DNA of 64,000 bases from Eledone cirrhosa. Its lineage: Eukaryota. Below the pieces are notes generated by a model. It had not been told where the DNA came from. It made no database searches and was given only the letters and a program-made list of their open reading frames with translations. A program made the position numbers and the translations under genes. Every line of letters starts with the position of its first letter. Within the stretch, counting starts at the first letter, position 1. Of this stretch, positions 12,516-28,317 are shown piece after piece. The stretch covers positions 104,594,001-104,658,000 of the forward strand of contig OZ024740.1 in assembly GCA_964016885.1 (NCBI GenBank), read 5' to 3'.

Positions 12516-13311
12516 CTATATATATATATATACATACATACATACACATATATATATATATATATACATACATACATACACATATATATATATATATACA
12601 TACATACATACACATATATATATATACATACATACATACACATATATATATATATACATACATACATACATATATATATATACATACATACATACATATA
12701 TACATACATACATATATACATACATACATACACATATATATATATACATACATACATACATACACATATATATATATATACATACATACATACACACATA
12801 TATATATATATACACATACATACATACACACATATATATATATATACACATACATACATACACACATATATATATATATATACACATACATACATACACA
12901 CATATATATATATATACATACATACACACATATATATATATATACATACATACACACATATATATATATATATATATACATACATACACATATATATATA
13001 TACATACATACACATATATATATATATACATACACATATATATATATACATACATACACATATATATATATATACATACACATATATATATACATACATA
13101 CATACACATATATATATACATACATACATACACATATATATATATATACATACATACATACACATATATATATACATACATACATACACATATATATATA
13201 TATATACATACATACACATATATATATATATATACATACATACACATATATATATATACATACATACATACACATATATATATATATACATACATACATA
13301 CACATATATAT
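12516..13311. repeat. Compound (TA)n/(TACA)n microsatellite
   Basis: Seen directly. Confidence 0.97.
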
Positions 13312-13722
13312 GGTGGCTGCCAACTCGTTTTCGAGTACGGCCACTACTTTATATCCATGTACGAGAACCCCTACCGATGCGCTGAACAAGTGTGACTTTT
13401 TAGTCCAGCCAGCGAGTTGAAAACTCTGGTACAAACACTACACCTGTGACAATTATTGACACATAGTGCTGGGCCCATGGTACCATGTGACGACAAGTGC
13501 AGAGAGATCTCCAGATATAAAGCAATGCCTGTACCGTGAAGCTTCTATAGTGAGCAAAGGCACTGCACAAAGCCAGTCCCACTCTCTTAACCAAGATGAT
13601 ATTTACCAAAAAGAAGTACAAGTCAGCATCATTAGATACCATCAGGGTTGCAGGTTTTATATCAGAGTTTTCCTTCTCCTAGAATTCTGCCTTGACAAAG
13701 GCTAAGGGGTCATCTCTCCCGG
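13312..13722 (-). mobile_element. ~610-bp non-coding retroelement, 5'-truncated copy
   Basis: Same sequence as 9652-10057. Confidence 0.85.
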
Positions 13723-14852
<1,130 letters not shown>

Positions 14853-15089
14853 GGTGGCTGCCAACTCGTTTTCGAGTACGGCCACTACTTTATATCCATG
14901 TAGGAGAACCCCTACCGATGCGCTGAACGAGTGTGACTTTTTAGTCCAGCCAGCGACTTGAAAACTCTGGTACAAACACTACACTTGTGACAATTACTGA
15001 CACATAGTGCTGGGCCCATGGTACCATGTGACGACAAGTGCAGAGAGATCTCCAGATATAAAGCAATGCCTGTGCCGTGAAGCTTTTAT
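14853..15089 (-). mobile_element. ~610-bp non-coding retroelement, heavily 5'-truncated copy
   Basis: Same 3' end (GGTGGCTGCCAACTCG on +), 237 bp. Confidence 0.85.
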
Positions 15090-15488
15090 GTATATATATA
15101 TATACATACATACATACATACACATATATATATATATACATACATACATACATACATACACATATATATATATATACATACATACATACATACACATATA
15201 TATATATATACATACATACATACATACACATATATATATATATATACATACATACATACATACACATATATATATATATACATACATACACATATATATA
15301 TATATACATACATACACATATATATATATATACATACATACATATATATATATATATACATACATACATACATATATATACATACATACATATATATATA
15401 TATATACATACATACATACATATATATACATACATACATATATATATATATATACATACATACATACATATATATACATACATACATA

Positions 15489-15520
<32 letters not shown>

Positions 15521-16110
15521 CATACACATATATACATACACACATATTTACATACACACACATATATACATACACATATACATACATACACATATATATA
15601 TATACATACATACATACACACATACACATATATATATATATATACATACATACATACACATATATACATACATACATACACATATATACATACATACATA
15701 CACATATATACATACATACATACACATATATACATACATACATACACATATATATATACATACATACATACATACACATATATACATACATACATACACA
15801 TATATATATATATATACATACATACATACATACACATATATATATACATACATACACATATATATATATACATACATAAACATACACATATATATATACA
15901 TACATAAACATATATATATATACATACATAAACATATATACATACATATATATATATATAAATACATACATACACATATATACATATATATATACATATA
16001 TACATACATATATACACATATATACATACATATATACATACATATATAAATAAATATATATACATACATATATAGATACATATATACATACATATAGATA
16101 TAAATATATA
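15090..16110. repeat. Compound (TA)n/(TACA)n microsatellite
   Basis: Seen directly. Confidence 0.97.
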
Positions 16111-19100
16111 GAACCACGGTGACAGTAATATCTGCGTACGCACCCCAATCCGGACTGCCCGGCACTATAAAAGACAGATTCTATGAGACACTGATGCTAA
16201 CTACCTCCCAAATATCCGACAGTGACTATATAATTATCGCAGGCGACCTAAATGGTCACGTTGGACAACATTGTGACGGCTACGACGAAATCCATGGAGG
16301 CTATGGGTTTGGTACTAGAAATGAGGAAGGCTCCAGAATCCTGGAATTCTGTGATGCAAATAACCTAACTATCTGTAACACTAACTTCAAAAAACGTGAC
16401 AATCACCTGATCACCTATAGATCCGGGGAACACACAAGCCAGGTAGATTATATCCTTACCAGAAGACGTGACAGAGTGTCTGTTGTTAACACTAAATCCC
16501 TCCCCCATGAAGAATGCACCTCCCAACATAGACTGATAATTAGCGACCTCATAGTCAGGACGAGACGTACTCGACAACAGAAGAGGACTATCCTCAGGAG
16601 GAAAATATGGAAGCTAAAGGACCCCACAGCCAGGAATAAATTTCAAAGCATATTACTTGATGCTTTCGACAGTAAGGAAGAACATTTAGAGTCGGACAAT
16701 ATAGAGGGAGAGTGGGAATTTCTGAAAGCAAACCTGCTGTTGGCGACAGACGAGGTCTGTGGCTGGAGCAGGCCTGTAGGCAGGAGGAGAGTAACATGGT
16801 GGTGGAACAGTAAGGTGGAGGGGTCAATTAAGGCCAAAAAGCAGGCTTGGAAAGTATGGCGGGATGGGGGAAGTAGAGAGGACTATCAAGTGGCCAGGAG
16901 GGAAGCTAGGAGACAAGTGTACTTAGCAAGAAGGGAAGCTGAGGAAAGAAAGTTCAAGCATGTTCTACAACGCGATGACCAAAAACGTGAGGTGTTCAGG
17001 ATTGCTAGGCAATGCGTCAAGGAAAACCGTGATATTGTCGGGGAGAAGTGTGTACTAAACGACGATGGCACACTTGCCATCACCGACGCTGATAAGAAGG
17101 TAGCTTGGAAGTGTCACTATGAAAGGCTTCTAAATGAGGAGAATAATTGGGAGAAAGGCAGTCTCCCCCATATCGACCCAATAGAGGGACCAGCAGTGTT
17201 AGTCGAGGGGAGTATAATAAGTAAGGCAATCAAGGATATGAAGACTGGTAAGGCGGCTGGGCCTTCGGAAATAGTTGCTGAGATGCTGAAGGCATCTGGC
17301 ACGGTGGGACACACCATGGTCACCCGCATAGTTAACCAAGTCGTACAGAATGGGGTTGTTCCGAAGGACTGGCATAGCAGCATCATCGTTAACTGTTATA
17401 AGGGTAAAGGAGACGCCCTAGATAGGAGTAACTATAGAGGCATTAAATTAATCGACCAGGTCATGAAGGTCACGGAAAGAGTAATAGCGCAACTAATCAG
17501 AGAGAGAATTGACCTAGATGAAATGCAGTTCGGGTTTGTGTCAGGCAAAAGTACCACAGACGCTCTTTTCATAGTACGACAACTACAGGAGAAGTACCTA
17601 GCTAAAGGTAAACCCCTCTACTTAGCTTTTGTCGACTTGGAGAAAGCCTTCGACAGAGTCCCCCGCTCCATTATCTGGTGGGCTCTTAGAAAACTAGGCG
17701 TTGACGAATGGCTTGTGAGGGCTATACAAGCCATGTATAAAGAAACAGTCAGCAAGGTTAGAATTAACAACGAATATAGTGAAGAGTTTAGCGTAAAAGT
17801 TGGCGTCCATCAGGGCTCTGTTCTCAGTCCACTACTATTTATTATTGCCCTTCAGGCTATAACAGAGGAGTTCAAGACAGGCTGCCCATGGGAACTCCTA
17901 TACGCAGACGACCTGACACTCATAGCGGAATCAATGGCCGAGCTAGAGAAGAAATTCCAAACATGGAAGCACGGCCTAGAGTCAAAAGGACTTAAAATTA
18001 ACCTGGCTAAGACCAAAGTACTAGTTTGTAGGAAAGAAAACAAGGCGGCGGTCCCTTCTGGGAAATGGTCGTGCTCGGTGTGTAGGAAAGGCGTAGGTAG
18101 AAACTCCATTTTATGTCCTAAATGCAAAGTATGGGTGCATAAAAGATGTAGTGGGATCACAGGTAAGCTAACTAAGAACATAGATTTTGCGTGTGGCCGG
18201 TGCTCTGGTGCAATAAGTAGCAGCAAGTGCCCACAAACTACTAGCTCTTTCAATTGCGCAGAGGGTTCTATAGAAATAGTGGACAGCTTCCGTTACCTGG
18301 GCGATAAAATCAGCAGTGGGGGAGGGTGCTCTGAAAGTACTGTAGCTAGAGTCAGAACTGGTTGGAAAAAGTTCAGAGAGCTTATACCACTATTAGCTGC
18401 TAAAGGGTTCTCACTAAAAATGAAAGGCAGGTTGTACGATGCCTGCATACGAACAGCAATGCTGCATGGCAGTGAGACCTGGGCATTGTGTGCAGAGGAT
18501 ATACGCAGACTAGAGAGGAACGAAGCTTGCATGCTCCGCTGGATGTGTAACAGTAATATACGTGAACGGCAAAGCATAAACGAACTAAGGAAAAAATTAG
18601 AGATAAGAGGGATCAGATGTTGTTTACTCGAGAGAAGGCTACGTTGGTATGGACACGTGATGCGCATGAAAGTCGATAGCTGTATAACAAAGTGCAGGGC
18701 AATAAAGATAGACGGTAGTCACGGAATAGGCAGACCTAGAAAAACCTGGGACGAGCTGATAAACTCCGACATCACACACTTACACCTCTCCAAGACAATG
18801 TCACTGGACCGAGACCTTTGGCGGTACTCAGTAACAGAGAAGACCCGCCTTACCTAAATATATAGTAAAACCTACTCCAGCCAGTAGGCATCTCTAACAA
18901 AATACACCCCGTCCCACCACCCCCACCCCCACCCGATCCACACCACCCCGTTCTATGTAAAGTTATGTTGGTGCCGCGCCTTCGAGGCCGAAACAAATGA
19001 GATCGTGTAGGTGTCACGACAAAAAACACACAGTCCACGCTGTAATGTGGCCGTGTAGGCAACACGGTAAAAACCTCCCAGACCCACACTGTAAATGTGG

Positions 19101-19254
19101 TTGGTGTTAGGAAGGGCATCCAACTGTAGAAAACCTGCCAGACAGTCCTATGCGAGCAAGACAATCACTCTTGCCTCAAGTGGGACTACCCCCGTCCAAA
19201 CCCATGCAAGCGTGGAACACGGACGTTAAACGTTGATGATGATGATGATGATGA
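16111..19254 (+). mobile_element. RTE family A (subtype A2), 5'-truncated within APE; remaining ORF 16119-18857 open
   Basis: Near-identical protein to 2650-5928 from TVISAYAP onward. (GAT)n tail and 51-bp target-site duplication. Confidence 0.95.
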
Positions 19255-19308
19255 TACATACATATATAGATACATATATACATACATATAGATATAAATA
19301 TATATATA

Positions 19309-21745
19309 AGCAGGCCTGTAGGCAGGAGGAGAGTAACATGGTGGTGGAACAGTAAGGTGGAGGGGTCAATTAAGGCCAAAAAGTAGGCTTGGAAAGTATG
19401 GCGGGATGGGGGAAGTAGAGAAGACTATTAAATGGCCAGGAGGGAAGCTAGGAGTCAAGTGTACTTCGCAAGAAGGGAAGCAGAGGAAAGAAAGTTCAAG
19501 CATGTTCTACAACGCGAGGTGTTCAGGATTGCTAGTCAATGCGTCAAGGAAAACAGTGATATTGTCGGGGAGAAGTGTGTACTTAAGGATGACGGCGTAC
19601 TTGCCATCACCAACGCTGATAAGAAGGTAGCTTGGAAGTGTCACTATGAAAGGCTACTAAATGAGGAGAATAAATGGGAGAAAGACAGTCTCCCCCACAT
19701 CGACCCAATAGAGGGACCAGCAGTGTTAGTCGAGGGGAGTATAATAAGTAAGGCAATCAAGGATATGAAGACGGGTAAGGCGGCTGGGCCTTCGGAAATA
19801 GTTGCTGAGATGCTGAAGGCATCTGGCACGGTGGGACACACCATGGTCACTCGCATAGTTAACCAAGTCGTACAGAATGGGGTTGTTCCGAAGGACTGGC
19901 GTAGCAGCATCATCGTTAACTGTTATAAGGGTAAAGGAGATGCCCTAGATAGGAGTAACTATAGAGGCATTAAATTAATCGACCAGGTCATGAAGGTCAC
20001 GGAAAAAGTAATAGCACAACTAATCAGAGAGAGAATTGATCTAGATGAAATGCAGGGTTTGTGTCAGGCAAAAGTACCACAGACGCTCTTTTCATTGTAC
20101 GACAACTACAGGAGAAGTTCCTAGCTAAAGGTAAACCCCTCTACTTAGCTTTTGTCAACTTGGAGAAAGCCTTCGACAGAGTCCCCCGCTCCATTATCTG
20201 GTGGGCTCTTAGAAAACTAGGCGTTGACGAATGGCTTGTGAGGGCTATACAAGCCATGTATAAAGAAACAGTGAGCAAGGTTAGAATTAACAACGAATAT
20301 AGTGAAGAGTTTAGCGTAAAAGTTGGCGTCCATCAGGGCTCTGTTCTCAGCCCCCGACTATTTATTATTGCCCTTCAGGCTATAACAGAGGAGTTCAAGA
20401 CAGGCTGCCCATGGGAACTCCTATACGCAGACGACCTGACACTCATAGCGGAATCAATGGCCGAGCTAGAGAAGAAATTCCAAACATGGAAGCACGGCCT
20501 AGAGTCAAAAGGACTTAAAATTAACCTGGCTAAGACCAAAGTTCTAGTTTGTAGGAAAGAAAACAAGGCGGCGGTCCCTTCTGGGAAATGGTCGTGCTCG
20601 CTGTGTAGGAAAGGCGTAGGTAGAAACTCCATCTTATGTCCTAAATGCAAAGTATGGGTGCATAAAAGATGTAGTGGGATCACAGGTAAGCTAACTAAGA
20701 ACATAGATTTTACATGTGGCCGGTGTTCTGGTGCAATAAGTAGCAGCAAGTGCCCACAAAATACTAGCTCTTTCAATTGCGCAGAGGGTTCTATAGAAAT
20801 AGTGGACAGCTTCCGTTACCTGGGCGACAAAATCAGCAGTGGGGGAGGGTGCTCTGAAAGTACTGTAGCTAGAGTCAGAACTGGTTGGAAAAAGTTCAGA
20901 GAGCTTATACCACTATTAGCTGCTAAAGGGTTCTCCCTAAAAATGAAAGGCTGGTTGTACGATGCCTGCATACGAACAGCAATGTTGCATGGCAGTGGGA
21001 CCTGGGCATTGTGTGCAGAGGATATACGCAGACTAGAGAGGAACGAAGCTTGCATGCTCCGCTGGATGTGTAACAGTAATATACGTGAACGGCAAAGCAT
21101 AAACGAACTAAGGAAAAAATTAGAGATAAGAGGGATCAGATGTTGTTTACTTGAGAGAAGGCTACGTTGGTATGGACACGTGATGCGCATGAAAGTCGAT
21201 AGCTGTATAACAAAGTGCAGGGCAATAAAGATAGACGGTAGCCACGGAATAGGCAGACCTAGAAAAACCTGGGACGAGCTGATAAACTCCGACCTCACAC
21301 ACTTAGACCTCTCCAAGACAATGTCACTGGACCGAGACCTTTGGCGGTACTCAGTAACAGAGAAGACCCGCCTTGCCAGTAGGCATCTCTAACAAAATAC
21401 ACCCCGTCCGCCACCACCCCGACCCCATCCACACCACCCCGTTCTATGTAAAGTTATGTTGGTGGCGCGCCATCCAGGCCGAAACAAATGATCGTGTAGG
21501 TGTCACAACAAAAAAACACACAGTCCACGCTGTAATGTGGCCGTGTAGGCAACACGGTAAAAACCTCCCAGACCCACACTGTAAATGTGGTTGGTGTTAG
21601 GAAGGGTATCCAACTGTAGAAAACCTGCCAGACAGTCCTATGCGAGCAAGACAATCACTCTTGCCTCAAGTGGGACTACCCCCGTCCAAACCCATGCAAG
21701 CGTGGAACACGGACGTTAAACGTTGATGATGATGATGATGATGAT
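19309..21745 (+). mobile_element. RTE family A (A1), 5'-truncated, with nonsense codon, small deletion and frameshift (~20055)
   Basis: ORFs 19432-20124 and 20061-21392 match family A. (GAT)n tail. Confidence 0.93.
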
Positions 21746-22247
<502 letters not shown>

Positions 22248-22785
22248 ATCATCATCATCATCATCATCAACGTTTAACGTCCGTGTTCCACGCTTGCATG
22301 GGTTTGGACGGGGGTAGTCCCACTTGAGGCAAGAGTGATTGTCTTGCTCGCATAGGACTGTCTGGCAGGTTTTCTACAGTTGGATGCCCTTCCTAACACC
22401 AACCACATTTACAGTGTGGGTCTGGGAGGTTTTTACCGTGTTGCCTACACGGCCACATTACAGCGTGGACTGTGTGTTTTTTTGTCGTGACACCTACACG
22501 ATCTCATTTGTTTCGGCCTGGATGGCGCGGCACCAACATAACTTTACATAGAACGGGGTGGTGTGGATGGGGTGGGGGTGGTGGCGGGACGGGGTGTATT
22601 TTGTTAGAGATGCCTACTGGCAAGGCGGGTCTTCTCTGTTACTGAGTACCGCCAAAGGTCACGGTCCAGTGACATTGTCTTGGAGAGGTGTAAGTGTGTG
22701 AGGTCGGAGTTTATCAGCTCATCCCATGTTATTCTAGGTCTGCCTATTCCGTGGCTACCGTCTATCTTTATTGCCCTGCACTTTG

Positions 22786-22790
<5 letters not shown>
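22248..22790 (-). mobile_element. RTE family A (A1), short 5'-truncated copy
   Basis: Reverse complement of the ORF end, 3' UTR and tail. Confidence 0.92.
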
Positions 22791-22830
<40 letters not shown>

Positions 22831-22836
<6 letters not shown>

Positions 22837-24985
22837 CTCCTATCTAGGGCGTCTCCTTTACCCTTATAACAGTTAACGATGATGCTGCTATGCCAGTCCT
22901 TCGGAACAACCCCATTCTGTACGACTTGGTTAACTATGCGGGTGACCATGGTGTGTCCCACCGTGCCAGATGCCTTCAGCATCTCAGCAACTATTTCCGA
23001 AGGCCCAGCCGCCTTACCCGTCTTCATATCCTTGATTGCCTTACTTATTATACTCCCCTCGACTAACACTGGTGGTCCCTCTATTGGGTCGATATGGGGG
23101 AGACTGTCTTTCTCCCATTTATTCTCCTCATTTAGTAGCCTTTCATAGTGACACTTCCAAGCTACCTTCTTATCAGCGTCGGTGATGGCAAGTGTGCCAT
23201 CGTCATTTAGTACACACTTCTCCCCGACAATATCACGGTTTTCCTTGACGCATTGCCTAGCAATCCTGAACACCTCACGTTTTTGGTCATCGCGTTGTAG
23301 AACATGCTTGAACTTTCTTTCCTCAGCTACAGGAGAAGTACCTAGCTAAAGGTAAACCCCTCTACTTAGCTTTTGTCGACTTGGAGAAAGCCTTCGACAG
23401 AGTCCCCCGCTCCATTATCTGGTGGGCTCTTAGAAAACTAGGCGTTGACGAATGGCTTGTGAGAGCTATACAAGCCATGTATAAAGAAACAGTCAGCAAG
23501 GTTAGAATTAACAACGAATATAGTGAAGAGTTTAGCGTAAAAGTTGGCGTCCATCAGGGCTCTGTTCTCAGCCCCCTACTATTTATTATTGCCCTTCGGG
23601 CTATAACAGAGGAGTTCAAGACCGGTTGCCCATGGGAACTCCTATACGCAGATGACCCGACACTCATAGCGGAATCAATGGCCAAGCTGGAGAAGAAATT
23701 CCAAACATGGAAGCACGGCCTAGAATCAAAAGGCCTTAAAATTAACCTGGCTAAGACTAAAGTTCTAGTTTGTAGGAAAGAAAATAAGGCGCCGGTCCCT
23801 TCTGGGAAATGGTCGTGCTCGGTGTGTAGGAAAGGCGTAGGTAGAAACTCCATTTTATGTCCTAAATGCAAAGTATGGGTGCATAAAAGATGTAGTGGGA
23901 TCACAGGTAAGCTAACTAAGAACATAGATTTTACATGTGGCCCGTGCTCTGGTGCAATAAGTAGCAGCAAGTGCCCACAAAATACTAGCTCTTTCAATTG
24001 CGCAGAGGGTTCTATAGAAATAGTGGACAGTTTCCGTTACCTGGGTGATAAAATCAGCAGTGGGGGAGGGTGCTCTGAAAGTACAGTAGCTAGAGTCAGA
24101 ACTGGATGGAAAAAGTTCAGAGAGCTTATACCACTATTAGCTGCTAAAGGGTTCTCCCTAAAAATGAAAGGCAGGTTGTACGATGCCTGCATACGAACAG
24201 CAATGTTGCATGGCAGTGAGACCTGGGCATTGTGTGCAGATGATATACGCAGACTAGAGAGGAACGAAGCTTGCATGCTCCGCTGGATGTGTAACAGTAA
24301 TATACGTGAACGGCAAAGCATAAACGAACTAAGGAAAAAATTAGAAATAAGAGGGATCAGATGTTGTTTACTCGAGAGAAGGCTACGTTGGTATGGACAC
24401 GTGATGCGCATGAAAGTCGATAGCTGTATAACAAAGTGCAGGGCAATAAAGATAGACGGTAGCCACGGAATAGGCAGACCCAGAAAAACATGGGACGAGC
24501 TGATAAATTCCGACCTCACACGCTTACACCTCTCCAAGACAATGTCACTGGACCGAGACCTTTGGCGGTACTCAGTAACAGAGAAGACCCGCCTTACCTA
24601 AATACATAGTAAAACCTACTACAGTCAGTAGGCATCTCTAACAAAATACACCCCCCCCCCCCCCCATCCACACCGCCCCCTTCTATGTAAAGTTGTGTTG
24701 GTGCCACACCATCCAGGCCGAAACAAATGAGATCGTGTAGGTGTCACGACAAAAAAACACAGTCCACGCTGTAATGTGGCCGTGTAGGCAACACGGTAAA
24801 AACCTCCCAGACCCACACTGTAAATGTGGTTGGTGTTAGGAAGGGCATCCAACTGTAGAAAACCTGCCAGACAGTCCTATGCGAGCAAGACAATCACTCT
24901 TGCCTCAAGTGGGACTACCTCCGTCCAAACCCATGCAAGCGTGGAACACGGACGTTAAACGTTGATGATGATGATGATGATGATG
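22831..24985 (+). mobile_element. RTE family A (A2) with inverted 5' segment (22831-23327 minus; 23327-24985 plus)
   Basis: The minus segment encodes ...EERKFKH...DRSNY. The plus segment resumes at LQEKYL and runs to the tail. Confidence 0.9.
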
Positions 24986-25028
24986 TATAAACATGAGAAA
25001 AACGTGCTGCGGGTTGCTAATGGGTTAC

Positions 25029-25448
25029 ATATGAATAAAGTTAGTCCTTCATCTGTGATCTTCCAACCATCATTGGTATTTCATCGCTTTAAAGACCATA
25101 TACCTCCGGTTGGTGCGAGCAACGGCTAAAAAAAGGCGTTGGGACACGTAATTAAAGGGGACGTGAGAGTGTAAACAAACAAAATGGTGAAGCAACAGAA
25201 AGTGAGGAAGAAGGAGTCAACTCCCAAATTTCTATGAATTTAAATTCCGTGAAATCGTGAACGAGAGAGAATAAAGATCATCAAAGCTTCACCATTTTGT
25301 TTGTTTACACTCGCGTCCCCTTTAATTACGTGTCCCAACGACTTTTTTTAGCCGTTGCTCGCACCAACCGGAGGTATATGGTCTTTAAAGCGATGAAATA
25401 CCAATGATGGTTGGAAGATCACTGATGAAGGACTAACTTTATTCATAT
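25029..25448. repeat. Inverted repeat (~165-bp arms, ~92-bp spacer) with partial hammerhead core; probable Penelope-like remnant
   Basis: 25029-25193 is the reverse complement of 25286-25448. CTGATGAAGG at 25422. Confidence 0.75.
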
Positions 25449-26150
<702 letters not shown>

Positions 26151-26725
26151 TGAACAAAGGACGAACTTTGGGATGGACGTAGAAAAATTCTTCAGGAAAG
26201 AAAGAAAAAAATTATTATTCACAAACTTGACCGGTGCGATTTGCCTGTGACCATTCTCAACACAAAAGCAATACTAAAAGCTTTTTCCCCTGAATAAAGG
26301 AATTTTTTGAGAATAACCGGGGCAGGCCGCACTTGCTACATTTCTCCCCACCCAACCCTACTCACCGTCTCAACTCATTACCGCTATGAACACTTTTTCA
26401 ACACACCTACACCCATGCACTTATTAAAGGGGGAGAAAAGAAAGCCCCACCACACCACAGAAATGTTAAATCCCTATATATAGAACAACACACCACATAC
26501 ACATCAGTTTGACAAGCGCACCTCAGCGTGAAAGGTCTTTCTAAAAACGAAACAATACCTCCTACGTTAACCAAGAACTCCTAAGACCTAACCAACAACT
26601 TAATTTATAAAATAATTTTTTTTAAGAAGAATTCTTTTTGGATTTTGTGAAGAAAATAAATTTGTTGAAAGCACAAGTGAAGCCATTTTTTCTTCCCCCC
26701 TATCTTAATATATATATATGTATAT

Positions 26726-27399
26726 TGCATGCTCCGCTGGATGTGTAACAGTAATATACGTGAACGGCAAAGCATAAACGAACTAAGGAAAAAATTAAAG
26801 ATAAGAGGGATCAGATGTTGTTTATTCGAGAGAAGGCTACGTTGGTATGGACACGTGATGCGCATGAAAGTCGATAGCTGTATAACAAAGTGCAGGGCAA
26901 TAAAGATAGACGGTAGTCACGGAATAGGCAGACCTAGAAAAACCTGGGACGAGCTGATAAACTCCGACCTCACACACTTACACCTCTCCAAGAAAATGTC
27001 ACTGGACCGAGACCTCTGGCGGTACTCAGTAACAGAGAAGACCTGCCTTGCCAGTAAGCATCTCTAACAAAATACACCCCGTCCCGCCGCCACCCCCACC
27101 CCGTCCACACCACCCTGTTCTATGTAAAGTTATGTTGGTGCCGCGCCATCCAGGCCGAAGCAAATGAGATCGTGTAGGTGTCACGACAAAAAAACACAGT
27201 CCACGCTGTAATGTGGCCGTGTAGGCAACACGGTAAAAACCTCCCAGACCCACACTGTAAATGTGGTTGGTGTTAGGAAAGGCATCCAACTGTAGAAAAC
27301 CTGCCAGACAGTCCTATGCGAGCAAGACAATCACTCTACCCCCGTCCAAACCCATGCAAACGTGGAACACGGACGTTAAACGTTGATGATGATGATGAT
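26726..27399 (+). mobile_element. RTE family A (A1), short 5'-truncated copy
   Basis: ORF 26729-27067, 3' UTR and (GAT)n tail. Confidence 0.92.
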
Positions 27400-27408
27400 A
27401 TATATATG

Positions 27409-27455
<47 letters not shown>

Positions 27456-27734
27456 GTATATATATATGTATATATATATATGTATATATATATGTATATA
27501 TATATATGTATATATATATGTATATATATATGTATATATATATATATGTTTATTTATATATGTATATATATATATATGTATATATATATATGTATATATA
27601 TATGTATATATATATATATGTATATATATATGTATATATATATATATGTATATATATATGTATATGTATATATATATATATGTATATATATATGTATATA
27701 TATATGTATATATATATGTATATATATATGTATA

Positions 27735-28170
27735 TCATCATCATCATCATCATCAACGTTTAACGTCCGTGTTCCACGCTTGCATGGGTTTGGACGGGGG
27801 TAGTCGCACTTGAGGCAAGAGTGATTGTCTTGCTCGCATAGGACTGTCTGGCAGGTTTTCTACAGTTGGATGCCCTTCCTAACACCAACCACATTTACAG
27901 TGTGGGTCTGGGAGGTTTTTACCGTGTTGCCTACACGGCCACATTACAGCGTGGACTGTGTGTTTTTTTGTCGTGACACCTACACGATCTCATTTGTTTC
28001 GGCCTCGATGGCGCGGCACCAACATTTTGTTAGAGATGCCTACTGGCTGGAGTAGGTTTTACTATATATTTAGGTAAGGCGGGTCTTCTCTGTTACTGAG
28101 TACCGCCAAAGGTCTCGGTCCAGTGACATTGTCTTGGAGAGGTGTAAGTGTGTGATGTCGGAGTTTATCA
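27735..28170 (-). mobile_element. RTE family A (A2), short 5'-truncated copy with internal UTR deletion
   Basis: Reverse complement of the family A 3' end. The C-rich tract is deleted at ~28025. Confidence 0.9.
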
Positions 28171-28317
28171 TATGTATATATATGTATATATATATGTATA
28201 TATATATGTATATATATATGTATATGTATATATGTATATGTATATGTATATATATATATGTATATGTATATATATATGTATAGGTATATATGTATAGGTA
28301 TATGTATATATATATGT

